Part shown: positions 29,556 to 42,055 of the stretch, in pieces
Layout of the letters: each line of letters starts with the position of its first letter
Position numbering within the stretch: the first letter of the stretch is position 1
Translations under genes and position numbers: made by a program
Assembly: GCA_964016885.1 (NCBI GenBank)
Contig: OZ024742.1
Coordinates: 75,826,001-75,890,000 of the forward strand
Source of the DNA: Eledone cirrhosa
Taxonomy: Eukaryota
Length of the DNA: 64,000 nt
Reading direction: 5' to 3'
The notes under the pieces: generated by a model
Seen by the model: only the letters and a program-made list of their open reading frames with translations
The model's database searches: none
What the model was told of the DNA's origin: nothing

Positions 29556-32290
29556 ATGGCTACATCTACAATCAGGCACGACCTTTTTTCCTTGTCCAAA
29601 ACCACTAGGTCAGGCCTGTTGTGCTCTAATGTCTTGTCCGTCTGTATCCTAAAATCCCATAGCATCTTCACTTGATCGTTTTCTATCACCGACTCTGGCT
29701 TATGCTCATACCACTTCTCAGAATGTGGTAAATTGTTTAGTTTGCAAAGATGCCAGTGAATCACCTTTCCTACCATATCATATCTCCAGCTCTTATAGTG
29801 AGTATTGGCTAGGTGTTTACATTCAGATACAATTTGAATCACAGTCTCCTCTTTCTCTCCACAAATTCTACAGAGTGAGCTAGCCTCCTCCTTGTCAATA
29901 TAGTGTTTCACCCACTTCGTTCTGAGGGCTTGCTCTTGCGCAGCCATTAGCATTCCTTCTGTAGCTTTTTTAAGGTATTCTCTTTTTAACCAGTTCCATG
30001 TCTGTGGATATCTGAATTCTGTTTTCTTAAAGAAGGTGCTATGAAGGGCTTTTTTAAGAAGGTTGCTCTTCCTCCCTGCAGTTATTTCTTCCTTGGACAT
30101 CCGTGGTCTATTGTCTTTTCTTTCAGTACAATTTTGAGCATTGGCTCCCTACTGTCAGTCACATATGAGTACAGACTGATTTTCTCCATCCGAACACAGT
30201 CCTCTTCCACCTTCAGATCTCAGTAAGTAGAGTCTATTGACATCACTCCTCTTGTGGAACATGCTGTAGATAGTCATTAGCTCCCTAGTCTTCCTATCCA
30301 TTTCTTTTTGTTCAGCAATATTCCATCTCAAAATTCCCGCACTGTGCCTAATAATAGACACAACTCAGGAATTTATTGCACTATGACATTCCTACTTTTT
30401 AGATATGTTTTTAGTATGTTCCTTACTCTCCTTATGTATTCAGATCTCATCAGTTCCTTCATTTGTTTTGTTCTTGATGTCATCTGCCTCCAGAACACCT
30501 AAATATTTGTATCCCTTTTCAGTGTCTATTTCATTTATCATCTCACCTGTTACCTGGATTCAGTTGTTTCTGCTTATGACATTCCTACTGTTCAGATGTG
30601 ACTTTAATACGCTCCTTACTCCCCGAATGTATTCAGATCTTATCAATTCCTTCATGTTTTTGTTCTTGATGTCATCACCTAAACATTTGTATCCTTCTTC
30701 AGTATCAATTTCCTTCATCATCTCACCTGTTGGTTCCAGGATTCCGTTGCTTCTGCTCTATTTACCCATCTTCATCACTAGGACTCCACACTTATTAATA
30801 CCAAATTCCATACATATATCATTGCTGAAAATACGGACAGTGTCAACAAGTACATCCAACTTCTTCTCACTCTTCCCAAAGAGTTTAAGATCGTCCATGA
30901 AGAGGAGGTGTTTGATTGTGAGCTCTCCTCTTCCCAGCTTGTATCCTGCTCTCACTTTTTCAATATATGGTACAGGGGTATGAGGGTAAGGACAAACAGC
31001 AAAGGGGTCAAACTATCTCCCTGGATATACCTCCCTTGATCTTCACGCCTACCAAGGATACTCTACCTGATGTTAGCTCTGTTTCCAAGGGCTTAATAGC
31101 TGTCTCATGTTGTCTGCCACCTTGAAGATCTCTAGTCTTTTGATTATCCAAGAATGAGGTACATGTCGAATACCTTTTTGTAATATATCCATCCCATTGC
31201 AAGACCAGCATGGCTCCTCTTCCAATTCCTCATTACCATCTTATCAATAAGTAACTGGTCTTTTGTACCACAGAACTTCTTTCGGCATCCTTTCTGTTCG
31301 TCCGGTACTAATTTGTTTATCTGGAAGTGATAGTAAATTTCCTCAGTCACAAAGCTTGTTAACAGTTTCCACATTACGGACAGACATGTGAAACGCCTAT
31401 AGTTGGTAACCGCATTACCCTTGATTCGGTCTTTTATTACCAGAATTGTGGTACCTCTTGTCAACCACTGTGTTACTTGCAGACCATCTGGGACTGATGA
31501 TTTCCAATTGGTTAGTTTTTTGTCTTGCCCTGTAAGAGTTTCAACTGTGATACTCAAATCAGGTTGTTGGTATGCCTGTTCACTGATCTCCTTTGGTCTG
31601 CCTGTTCACTAATCTCCTTTTGAACTGTCTCAATCCACACTGCCTGACTATTATGTTCAACATCCTGATCCCATATTCCTCTCCAGAATGTCTTAGTCTG
31701 TTCGGCCTCAGGGATCACGTCGTTACCTTTTTCTTTAACCTCAAGCTGCTGAAACAACATTTTCTAGTTGGTGTCAAAGATGCGGTTCTGTCTATACTGA
31801 CGAACTCTGTTCTCATACCACCTAATATTTGCACTTTTTGCTACAATGCGTTGCTTCAGTTACTCTATGATAATATTTACCTATTCTCCTCTAGTTTTGT
31901 ATTTTATTTTCAATCTATCTTTAGTGTCTATGTTTTTCTAATATCCCATTCACCAGAGACTCAAGCTTTCCAATGTCTTTTCTCATTTTCTTGATTTGAC
32001 CATTCAGTTGTTTGTTCCACCGAGGTTCTGATCCTTCTTGTTTATTGTTTCTTCTCGTTTTTATTCCAAGTAATTTGTTCACCAGATTTGCGGTTGTTTT
32101 GAGGAAATTGTTGCATTGTGAAGGTTCCTCGCCTCAAGGTATGGGATGACATTGTTTACCTTAGCTGTCGTTTCTTTTAACTTTTTCCTGTCTACAAATC
32201 TTAGGTGCATATGCTTTCCACTATCATTGTTCATTTCATCTACCACTAAGTTCAGAACATCAACAAAATCTTGCCCAAGCCCGTCAGCAT
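29556..32290 (-). mobile_element. R4/Dong LINE family A, 5'- and 3'-truncated, decayed
   Basis: RT (EQKGC, HLLFMDDLKLF), Zn knuckle (CRICGEKEETV), RLE (WDFRIQTD..HNRPDLVV). Homologous to 37272-41922. Confidence 0.92.
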
Positions 32291-35200
32291 TATTATTATT
32301 ACAGTTGCATTTATCTTGCTTTATGTTCATACAAGTTATCACCAATTCAAGACCAGTGCCCTCAAGAGACAGCAAGGTCCACCTTGTTCAAGAAAGAACA
32401 TACATTCACACACATGCCTATTTAGGTGTTTAGACTTGTGATATATTTATATCGACAGAATCTTCCTTAGTATATGGGCAGTTTCCTTTAGTAATATCTT
32501 TTATATTTCATCTATACGCGGGTGTCCTGGGATGTGAGATAAGTAATCATTGAGCCCTTGGTATCATTCCTAGAGCGCCTACAACCAGTGGCCATATTTT
32601 AGTTCTCAATTTCTATCTACAGGTTCAATTTTTCAAATGTTTTTATAGATACATTCTTGTCTATTGGAACGGACATATCAAGTAGCAGGCACACCCTCTT
32701 TTTAAAGTCTTTCCGTATTATATCCGTTCTATTTGCATCTATTTTTCGGTCTATTTGGATGCTAAAGTTCCACAAGATTGAGATGTGATCTTTTTCAAGT
32801 ACGGGACGTGGTTGATGCTCTCACAAATTCTTTTGATGGGGCAGGTCAAAATGCTTACACATTATCCAATGTATGTACTGTGTAGCCCTGTCGTGCCTGT
32901 TTAGGTATTCAGTTGGAGCTATAGGTCAGCACATTGAAATTATGTGATCCATGGTCTCTGGTTGATTTTACATACACGGCATAATGGGTTGCATCCATTT
33001 TTTTTATTTTGTTGGCTTGGTAATTTCTTGTTGGCAGACACTGATCTTGTGCTGATATAATCAGTCCTTTAGTCTCCAATTTCAGTCCAGAGGATGCCAA
33101 CCACTGATGGGTTAAAGTTTTGTAAACATTAGGATTGTTAGCTCTTTCTGGGTATTTTCCATACAGAAGCTTTTCTTGCCATTTCTTAGCCAGTTTATGT
33201 AGCAGTTCTTTCTTTGCTGTTACTTTTACCAGATTTGCTTTTTCTGTGTTTTTCATTTCAGCAGTAAATGGAACATCTTAAATGTGTACTTCATTACTGT
33301 ATCTTTGTGCCTCTTTTGTAATGGAGTATGATCTGTTGATGCTTTCGTGTTTCAAAACGAGTTTGATCATCCAATCATGTGATTTCCTTAGATATGTAGA
33401 TAATCCAATCGTTGCAGTTTTCAACGCAATATCTAACTGGATTAACCCACGTCCCCCTTCTTTCCTAGGGAGATATATTCTATCTGTATCTGCCTTAGGG
33501 TGATCAATTCTGTGCATGGGTAATATTTTAATAACTTTTGTATCGAGCCTACGGATCTCTGTGCTTGACCAGTTGATGACATTGAAACTGTAGGTTACTA
33601 CTGGTATGGCAAGCGCGTGTATGGCATCGATTTTGTTCCTTGCATTCAATTTCGTTCTTAAGATTGTTCTTAATCTGCGGTAACATTCCTTCCTAATCCT
33701 TTCCTTCATTGTCGAGTGCTTGATTCCGTATCCTTCACAAACACCTAGATATTTATAAGTTGCCTCTTGATCAAGTTTCTTATCACTCTCCCCCGATCAA
33801 GATTTATGTCTGAACTTTTCAGCAACTTTCCCCTGGTGAACGTTGCTTTGGCGCATTTAGTCCAAACTCCATTTTAATATCATCACTGAATTGCTTCGAA
33901 GTGAATAATAGCCCCTGCAATTGCTCATCATTATTTGCAAATAGTTTCAGGTCATCCATGTAGAACATGTTATATCCATGTTTTGTTTCATTGAGCATTT
34001 TACTTAATAGTATAAGTGGGATGCAGAAAAAAAGCGGTGATAAAGAGTCACCCTGAAAAATTCCACAATTAATATTAACTTCTCCAGCTTCCAGTGATTG
34101 TGTTTCACCATTCAAAAGGAGTGTCGTTTTCCATGTCTTCATACTGAATGACAAAAACCTCCTGAGATCGGGGGATATTTTGTAATCTATCCAAGGAATT
34201 GATCGATTTTTGTGTCTAATATGACAATCTTCCAGTATCATTTTGTTAACCAAAAGCTGATCCTTACAGCCATATGAGCGTCGTTTACACCCTTTCTGCT
34301 CATTGGGAAATAGATCATTTGTTATCAGGTGGTCATATGTATATTCAGTTAGGACTGATGTTAAAACTTTATACATTTTGGTCAAGTAAGTTATCGTTCT
34401 GTAATTTTGGGGATTGTTTGTGTTATAATTCTTCGGAAGTAGGAATGTAATGCCTTTAATTAGCCATGATGGTATCTTTTCTGGCTCCTTAACTATTTCA
34501 TTGTAAAGTTGGGCTAACAGCTCATGAGACTCTGTGAAGGCATTTATCTAAACATTTGGTATTTTGTCATTTGCTGGGTATTTCCATTCGCTGGTTTTTC
34601 TAAGAGCTAAACGCAACTATTCAACTGTTATATTTTCCCATGTTGGTTCCTCAACTGTTATATTTTCCCATGTTTGTCTGTCTATCCATGGGGCATGTAT
34701 ATTATGAACTTTTTCTCTGGCCCAAATCTTTTCCCAGAATTCTTGCACTTCCTCCTTAAGTGGTATTTATTTAGCAGGTATTGTTGATTTGTCAATTTTT
34801 CTGTAGAAGTTTCTTTGGTTGTTTTTCAACATATTATTGTCCTTATAGATCTAGATCGTTTTTCAAAGTGCCTTATACGAGCAGCTTTGGCCGACACTTT
34901 TTGCATGATTATTTCTATCAGCATGTCTATGTCACTTGTTGATTTTATACTGTATTTTCTTATCAATTTTCTAAGTTTAGTTTGTTTAACATGTTCACTT
35001 ATTTTGTAGTTTGTTAAAATTTCTATGTCAGATCGGAGAAGGTTTATTTGGCGGTCGATGTTCTCTTGCCAAGTAGATTTCTTGTGGGAATTCCTTTGTT
35101 TTTTTTCATTTTCATTCCACATAAGTGAGTGGTGACTTTAGCCGACGCATAATAGAGATGATTTAGATCAGTAATGTTTAGTTTGTTTGTGATTATAATG

Positions 35201-37097
35201 TTTTTGAGAATTATGTTAGTTTTGTGTATTATCTTTTGCTTCTGTTTGGAGTTCTGGATCTTAGGGAGGGTGTAACGTTCCCCCATGTCAGATTATTTCA
35301 TTTTCATCCATTCGATCATAATTTCATCCTTCACGTTGGTAAGTTCATTCTAATTCATTTCTTTATGATTTATGATCTCATTGTTTTTATTTTGAGTTTC
35401 ATCTTGAGCATGCACTCCCTCCACTTTTTCGATCCTTTCTTTAATTTGTTCTGCTCTCAGTGATACCGCCCCAATCCTGGGATTCGAAGTGTTACAATTT
35501 ACCTCGTTCTCACTGACACATGTTTCATTTTCCCTTCGCTGACTTTGTGCTAATAGCTTGATCTGACCAATTTCTATATCAGGTAGTAATTTTTTTTAAC
35601 AATATTTCTTCGTATATTGGCTAGTTTGTTACTGTCAATATAGACTCTGTTTTTGGGATGTTTGTTTTTCTAGTTGATATATGTCTGTTCTGTATTCAAT
35701 CTATTTGATGGGTAGTACATGGCAGTGTAGAAAGCCTCAACGACTTCTTTATTGTCTTCCCTTGACCATTTTTCTCTCTTTTCCTTTGGATTTCTTGGTG
35801 GTGAGCATGGAGGCCAACAGTAGGAATATTCCAGTTATGGGAGGTCTCCAGTTCCGAAGTGATGGGAAAGTTTGAACCATTAACTGATTTTTCGACCCCA
35901 GTCTGGTTACTCTCTGAGGGACGCGGCTCTTTTTGACCCCGGTGACGGCCGATCCAGTATGAGATTTTATCATTAGACATTTACTTTATTTTGTCGCGTT
36001 TTATCCTTAACCGCAAAGGGGTAATCATTTCGTGTTACCTCTTATAGGACGAGTGTCAACCAAAACTAGAGGGGTCGTCCTCCTCTAGAGACACGGCTAT
36101 TCCGCGCTGGCAGCCATGCCGGTATTTCTTGGTCACGGGATTTTCTTTTTTTGTTGTTTTTTAAATTGTTATTATCATGAGTGGTTCCTTAATGTGAGCC
36201 TTGCGTGGCTTAAGAATGAAATTATTATTAATAATATTATATACTTTTTATTGAAGTTGCCTATTGTTGTTGTCGGCTATGTCGGTGGTGGTGCTGGGGC
36301 TTTTTCTATTGTTGGTGGGGAAGGGGGAGCCAGCAGCGCCATAGTCGTTGACGTTTGACCGGGTCACTAAGTCAGCCTATATATATCTTTTGCTAGCCTC
36401 TCCCTTGTCTACTGATACCACCACCTTCCCCTTTCTTAAGTTAACAGAAGGTAGTGGGGGAATAGTGGTGGTAGCAATGAAGGAGTGGTGGCGGCGGTGA
36501 TGGGATAGTGGTAGCAATGATCGAGTTGTGGCGGAGTTGTCTTTTCTGAGTTCTGTTGAATAGACTCTAGTAGGATGCGTTTGTTTGATCTGTATATCCA
36601 TGCGGTTTGTCGCGTATGTTTAATATATGTGTTGATACATTTACTTAATATTTGAATTAAACATTTTGTTAAAACTTGAGATACAATAATAGTAATTATT
36701 ATTATTATGCTGGGATTGGTGGTAGTGGTGAAATTGCCGTTATCTGGCTGTTGTGTTTAGTGTAACCAGAAGGGTGATGGGATAGGTGGTGTATCTAGAT
36801 TGTTGTGGTGGTGAAATTGCTGTTATTTGGCTGTTCTATATAGTGTAGACAGAGGGGGTTTTCTTCCATTTATAACCATTTTCTTTTTTGAATATAAAAT
36901 TTATAATACAGAATTGAATATTTGAGCGATATAACAGGATATTATGGGTCCTCATTTCCTGAGAGTTAAGCCTGGTCCTTAATGTCCGATTTGTACTAAG
37001 AATTGTTATATCACAATTGTTTTAAATATGTTAAAAGTCAAAAACTTACGGGAGCGATTTCATAACACTCTATCCACCACGTGTGTCCTCTTCCCTT
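32290..37097 (-). mobile_element. R4/Dong LINE family B, full length but decayed (ORF ~35980-32447, ~1.1-kb 5' region, (AAT)n tail)
   Basis: GIFQGDSLSPL, FYMDDLKLF, DRIYLPRKEGGRGL and RLE C-terminus. Colinear with 60900-64000 and 58961-60320. Confidence 0.92.
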
Positions 37098-37107
37098 ATT
37101 ATTATTA

Positions 37108-37270
37108 TGTAGGACGGATCCGACTACCAGCTGAGTCCATCGTGAGGATTGTTCCGCCCTCTTCCTGTCTACTTTGTGTAAACCTTTGTGGTTAATAAAG
37201 AAATCATTATTAGTACGAGTAATGCACTGGGTAATTGCTGGCCTTGTGCCAAAAGTAGAAACAACTATTA
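37108..37270 (+). mobile_element. Two short 3'-end fragments (unknown retroposon tail plus SINE family 1 tail) inserted in (ATT)n
   Basis: ...ctttgtggttaataaagaaat, then gtaatgcactgggtaattgctggccttgtgccaaaagtagaaacaactatt. Confidence 0.6.
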
Positions 37271-37271
37271 T

Positions 37272-40200
37272 TAATATTATTATTATTGTTATTACTCTTT
37301 GAGTCTCAGTCATTGATGTTAGTTAACTGGAAAGTTTGTTGAAATGAAAATCAAGCCACTACCTGCAGCCTCAGATATTCAGGACGTATCGGAGGGTTCT
37401 TGCTGTTCCAGGCAAGCATGCATTTTGAAGCGTTCCAAAAAGTGTGAAGCGGCTAATTTTCTTTAACCATCACTGGAAACCTTTTGAGATAGTCCCTAGT
37501 GCGCCTATTACAATCGGCATCACTTTGACTTCATGGCAGTTCCAAATCCTTTTTACCTCCCACTTTAGGTCCTGGTATCGGTTAATTTTCTCCCTCTCCT
37601 TCTCTTGCACTCTCGTGTCGAATAGGCATCCACATCCACAATCAGGCACGATCTTTTTTCTTTGTCCAAAACCACCAGGTCAGTGTTCTAGTTTCTTGTC
37701 CGTCTGTATCCTAAAATCCCACAGCACCTTCACCTGATCGTTTTCTATCAGCGACTCTGGCTTATGCTCATACCACTTCTTAGAATGTGGTAAATTGTTT
37801 ACTTTGCATAGGTGCCAGTGGATCACCATGCCCATCACATCATGTCTCCAGCCCTAATAGTGAGTCTGGGCTAGGTGTTTACACTCGGATGCAATGTGAG
37901 CCACGGTCTCCTCTCTCTCTGCACAGATCCTGCACAGTGGGCTAGCCTCCTTGTAAATATGGTGTTTCAACAACTTTGTTTTGAGGGCCTGCTCTTGCGC
38001 AGCCATTAACATTCCTTCTGTAGCCTTTTTAAGGTCTCCTCTTTTCAACCAGTTCCATGTCTGTGGAACTCTGAATTCAGTTTTCTCAAAGAAGGTACTA
38101 TGAAGGGATTTTTCCTGAAGGCTGCTCTTTCTCCTTGATGTTATTTCCTCCCTGGACATCCCCTGGCCTATTGTCCTCTCCTTCAGTACAGTTCTGAGCA
38201 TTGGCTCCTTACTATCAGTCACGTATTTGTATAGGTTGTTTTTCTCCATCTGAACATAGTCCTCTATGCTGATAAGACCTCTTCCACCTTCAGATCTCCT
38301 TAAGTAGAGTCTATCGAAATCACTCCACTTGTGGAACATGTTGTAGATAGTCAATAATTTCCTATTCTTCCTATCAATTTCCTTTTGTTCAGCAACATTC
38401 CATCTCAGAATTCCCGCACTGTACCTAATAATAGCTCGGGAATTTACTGCGCTTATGGCATTTCTGCTGTTCAGATGTGACTTCAATACGCTCCTTATTC
38501 TCCGAATGTATTCAGTTCTTAACAATTCCTTCATTTTTTTGTTCTTTATGCCATCAGCCTCCAGAAGAACGCCCACATACTTGTATCTTTCCTCAGAGTC
38601 AATTTCCTTTATCATCTCACCTGTTGGTATCTGGATTCCGTTACTTCTGCTCAACCTAGCCCTCCTCATCACAATGACTCCACACTTACTAATACCAAAC
38701 TGCATACATATATCACTGCTGAAAATACGGACAGTGTCAACAAGCACATCCAACTGCTTCTCACTCTTCCTGAAGAGCTTAAGATCGTCCATGAAGAGGA
38801 GGTGATTGATGGTAAGCCCTCCCTTTCCCAACCCGTATCCTGCTCTCACTTTTCGCAGTACACTGGTCAGGGGCATCAGGGCAAGGACAAACAACAGAGG
38901 GGACAGGCTACCTCCCTGGAAGATACCTCTCTTGATCTTCACGGTTCCCAAGGATTCTCCAGTTGATGTCAACTCTGTTTCCTAGGACCTCATACTCTTG
39001 CCCAACAACTGTCTGATGTTATCTGCCACCTTGAAGATCTCCAGTCATTTGGTGATCCAAGAATGAGGCACCATGTCAAATGCCTTTCTGTAGTCTATCC
39101 ATCCCATGGCAAGATCAGTGTGTCTCCTCCTGCAATTCCCCATTACCATCTTATCAATAAGTAGCTGGTCCTTTGTACGACGTGACTTCTTTCGGCATCC
39201 TTTATGTTCGTCCGGTAACAAGTTGTTTGTGTGGAGGTGAGGTAGATTTCCTCGGACACAATGCTGGTCAACAGTTCCCACATTACGGACAGACATGTGA
39301 TAGGTCTATAGTTGGTAACATCATTACTCTTGATTCGATCTTTCATTATCAGAACTGTGGTACCTTTTGTCAACCACTCTGGTACCTCACCTGACATCAA
39401 GCAGTCATTGCACATGGTTGTCAGTTTTGGGTGGAGGGATGTTATATTATTAATCCAATAACCCTGCACACCATCTGGACCTAGTGATTTCCAGTTGGTT
39501 ACTTTTTTTGCCTGCCCCTTAAGAGTTTCAACTGTGATACTCAAGTCAGTTTGTTGGTGTGCCTGTTCACTAATCTCCTTCTGTACTGTCTCAATCCACA
39601 CTGCCTGGTAATTATGTTTAACATCCTACCCCCATACTCCTCTCCAGAATGTTTTAAGTTGTTCCGCCTCAGGGATCAAGTCGTTGCCTCTTTCTTTCCC
39701 CTCAAGCTGTCCAAACAGCTTCTTCTGGTTGTTGTCAAACATGCGGTTCTGTCTATACTGACTGACTCTGCACTCGTATCGTCTAATTTTTGCACTCTTT
39801 GCTACAATGCGTTGCTTCAGTTCCTCTATGATAATATTTAGCCTTTTCCTCCTAGTTTTGTACTTTATTTCCAGTCTATTTTTAGTGTCTATGTTTTTTA
39901 GTGTCCCATTCAGTAGGGACTCAAGCTTTCCAATGTCATTTCTCATTTCCCTGATTTGACCACTCAGTCGTTTCTTCCACCAAGGCTCTGATCTTTCTTG
40001 TTTGCTGTTTCCTCTCGCTTTTATACCAAGTAATTTCCTCACCGCATTTGCTGTTGCTTTGAGGATATTGTTGCACTGGTGAAGGCTCCTCTCATCAAGG
40101 TTTGGGATGACTTTGTTTACCTTAGCTGTTGTTTCTTTTAACTTTTTTCTGTCTACAAATCTTAGGTTCATAGGTTTCCAACTATCATTGTTCAATTCAT

Positions 40201-41922
40201 CTTCCACGAAGTTTAGGATATCAACCAAATCTTGTCCTCGCCCGTCAGCATTCATCTCCTCAGTGGCCGTATCTCTGTTCCAGGTATTATTTATCTCAGT
40301 ATTCAGATCATTGTCTGCTTCGGGTGGTTCCTCCGTTCTCTCGACCTCTACACCTTCATTTCCCACTGGCTCGTTTGCCTGGCATACTCCGCCCTCCATC
40401 TCCAAGCTAATCTCTATGCTCAGTTCCTCCAGTTCCAGCTCGCTTATCCACCCATTAGTTCTTATTACCCGTGCCTGCCCGGCCAATTTTTGTTCATCTA
40501 ATTTAAATAGACCAATCTCGTTCCAGATGTTATGCATCCGTCTCCTATAGCCCCTCTCCTTGGGGTTACTTTTCAGGTAACATTGCATAACAGTTCTATT
40601 CAATTCTTTCGTCCAGTTGGTTCTGGTCCCTTTCCTTCTTCTTCTTCCTCCGACTCCAGCAGTATTTGGTTGACAGCCAGGTTCCTGCTGCTTAGCCAGG
40701 GAGCACCTGTTGGGTGAGTGTCTGTCACATGACGTTCTAGTCTCCATTTAACCGTTATTCGAACTGTTTAGGTTCGATATTTAAACACTCTTATCGAGGA
40801 TTAGCGAATGTATGGTTACATAACCATCTGTGGATTCACCGTCTCCTGTGGTTGCGCCGCCCCACTTGGCTCTTGTGTGGCATTATCACCACGCTGTAGA
40901 CGAACACAAATAAACAAACAAACACACAGGCAGAAAATACCCCAAAAATGAATAAGCATAAGTTTCATTGTAATGTAGTGTTCGAATGTCTGACTTAGTT
41001 TTTTCCCTTCTCTTCTCTGTCCGTCCGCTTGTTTCTCTCTTCATTCTTATTTTCTTTACGTTTTTTTTGTTTTTGTTTTTCTCTGTTTGTTTTTTCTCTT
41101 TTTTTGCTGTGGTTGCTGTGATGCTTTGGTTTTGATGTTTGTTTTTCCTTTTTTCTTTTGACTCTATATATATATTTTGATGCCTTCCTCTTTTTTAGTA
41201 GGAATTCTATAATGTGGTGGCAGCATCTAGCCGGAAACACTGGGAGAGAATAGCGGCGGTAGCGATACTGAGACAGTGGTGGTGGTGATGTCGATACTGA
41301 GGCTGTGGTGGTGGTGATGTGATCGTATTACTGTAGTGATGGTGTTGTAACGGTGGTAGCAATGAAGGAGTGGTGGCGGCGGTGATGGGATAGTGGTAGT
41401 AATGATGGCAGTGGTGGTGGTGATGTGGTCGTATTACTGTAGTGATGGTGGTGTTGTAGCGGTGGTAGCAATGAAGGAGTGTTGGCGGCGGTGATGGGAT
41501 AGTGGTAGTAATGATGGATGGGCGGCGTTGTCGTTACTGATGTCCGTTCGGTGAATCTATGGGGTTAAACATTTTGTTAAAACTTGGGACAATAATAATA
41601 GTATTTATTATTATCATTATTATGTTGAGATGGGTTGTGGTGGTGGTGAAATTGCCGTTATCTGGCTGTTGTGTTTAGTGTACACAGAGAGGTGCTGGGG
41701 TACGCGGTGTATCTAGTTTCTGGTGTTGGTGGGATTGGTGTTGTTTGGCTGTTCTATATAGTGTAGACAGAGGAGGGAGGGGGGGGGGTTCTTCTTCTTA
41801 TATTTATAGCCATTTTCTTTTTTGAATATACAATGTACAATACAAAGTTGAATATTTGAATATTTGAGCCTTATAACAATATATTTTGGGTCCGAATTTT
41901 TTTGGGGCTCAAGCCGGATGCT
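37272..41922 (-). mobile_element. R4/Dong LINE family A, full length, few disruptions (ORF ~40747-37371)
   Basis: N-terminal Myb-like region (WTKELNRTVMQCY..GYRRRM..EQKLAGQARVI), RT (NYRPITCL, WIDYRKAFD, FMDDLKL), Zn knuckle CRIC..H..C and RLE. (TAA)n at both ends. Confidence 0.93.
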
Positions 41923-41924
41923 TA

Positions 41925-42055
<131 letters not shown>

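Noticed and set aside
40107-40550. Long antisense ORFs over Dong elements (also 30405-30983, 38455-38805, 58994-59461)
   Set aside because: Shadow frames of the LINE ORFs with no independent motifs.
41265-41520. Repeat-spacer-like pattern (CRISPR-like) in the Dong leader
   Set aside because: Simple ~110-bp tandem duplication of GGT-rich sequence in eukaryotic DNA; no unique spacers or cas genes.
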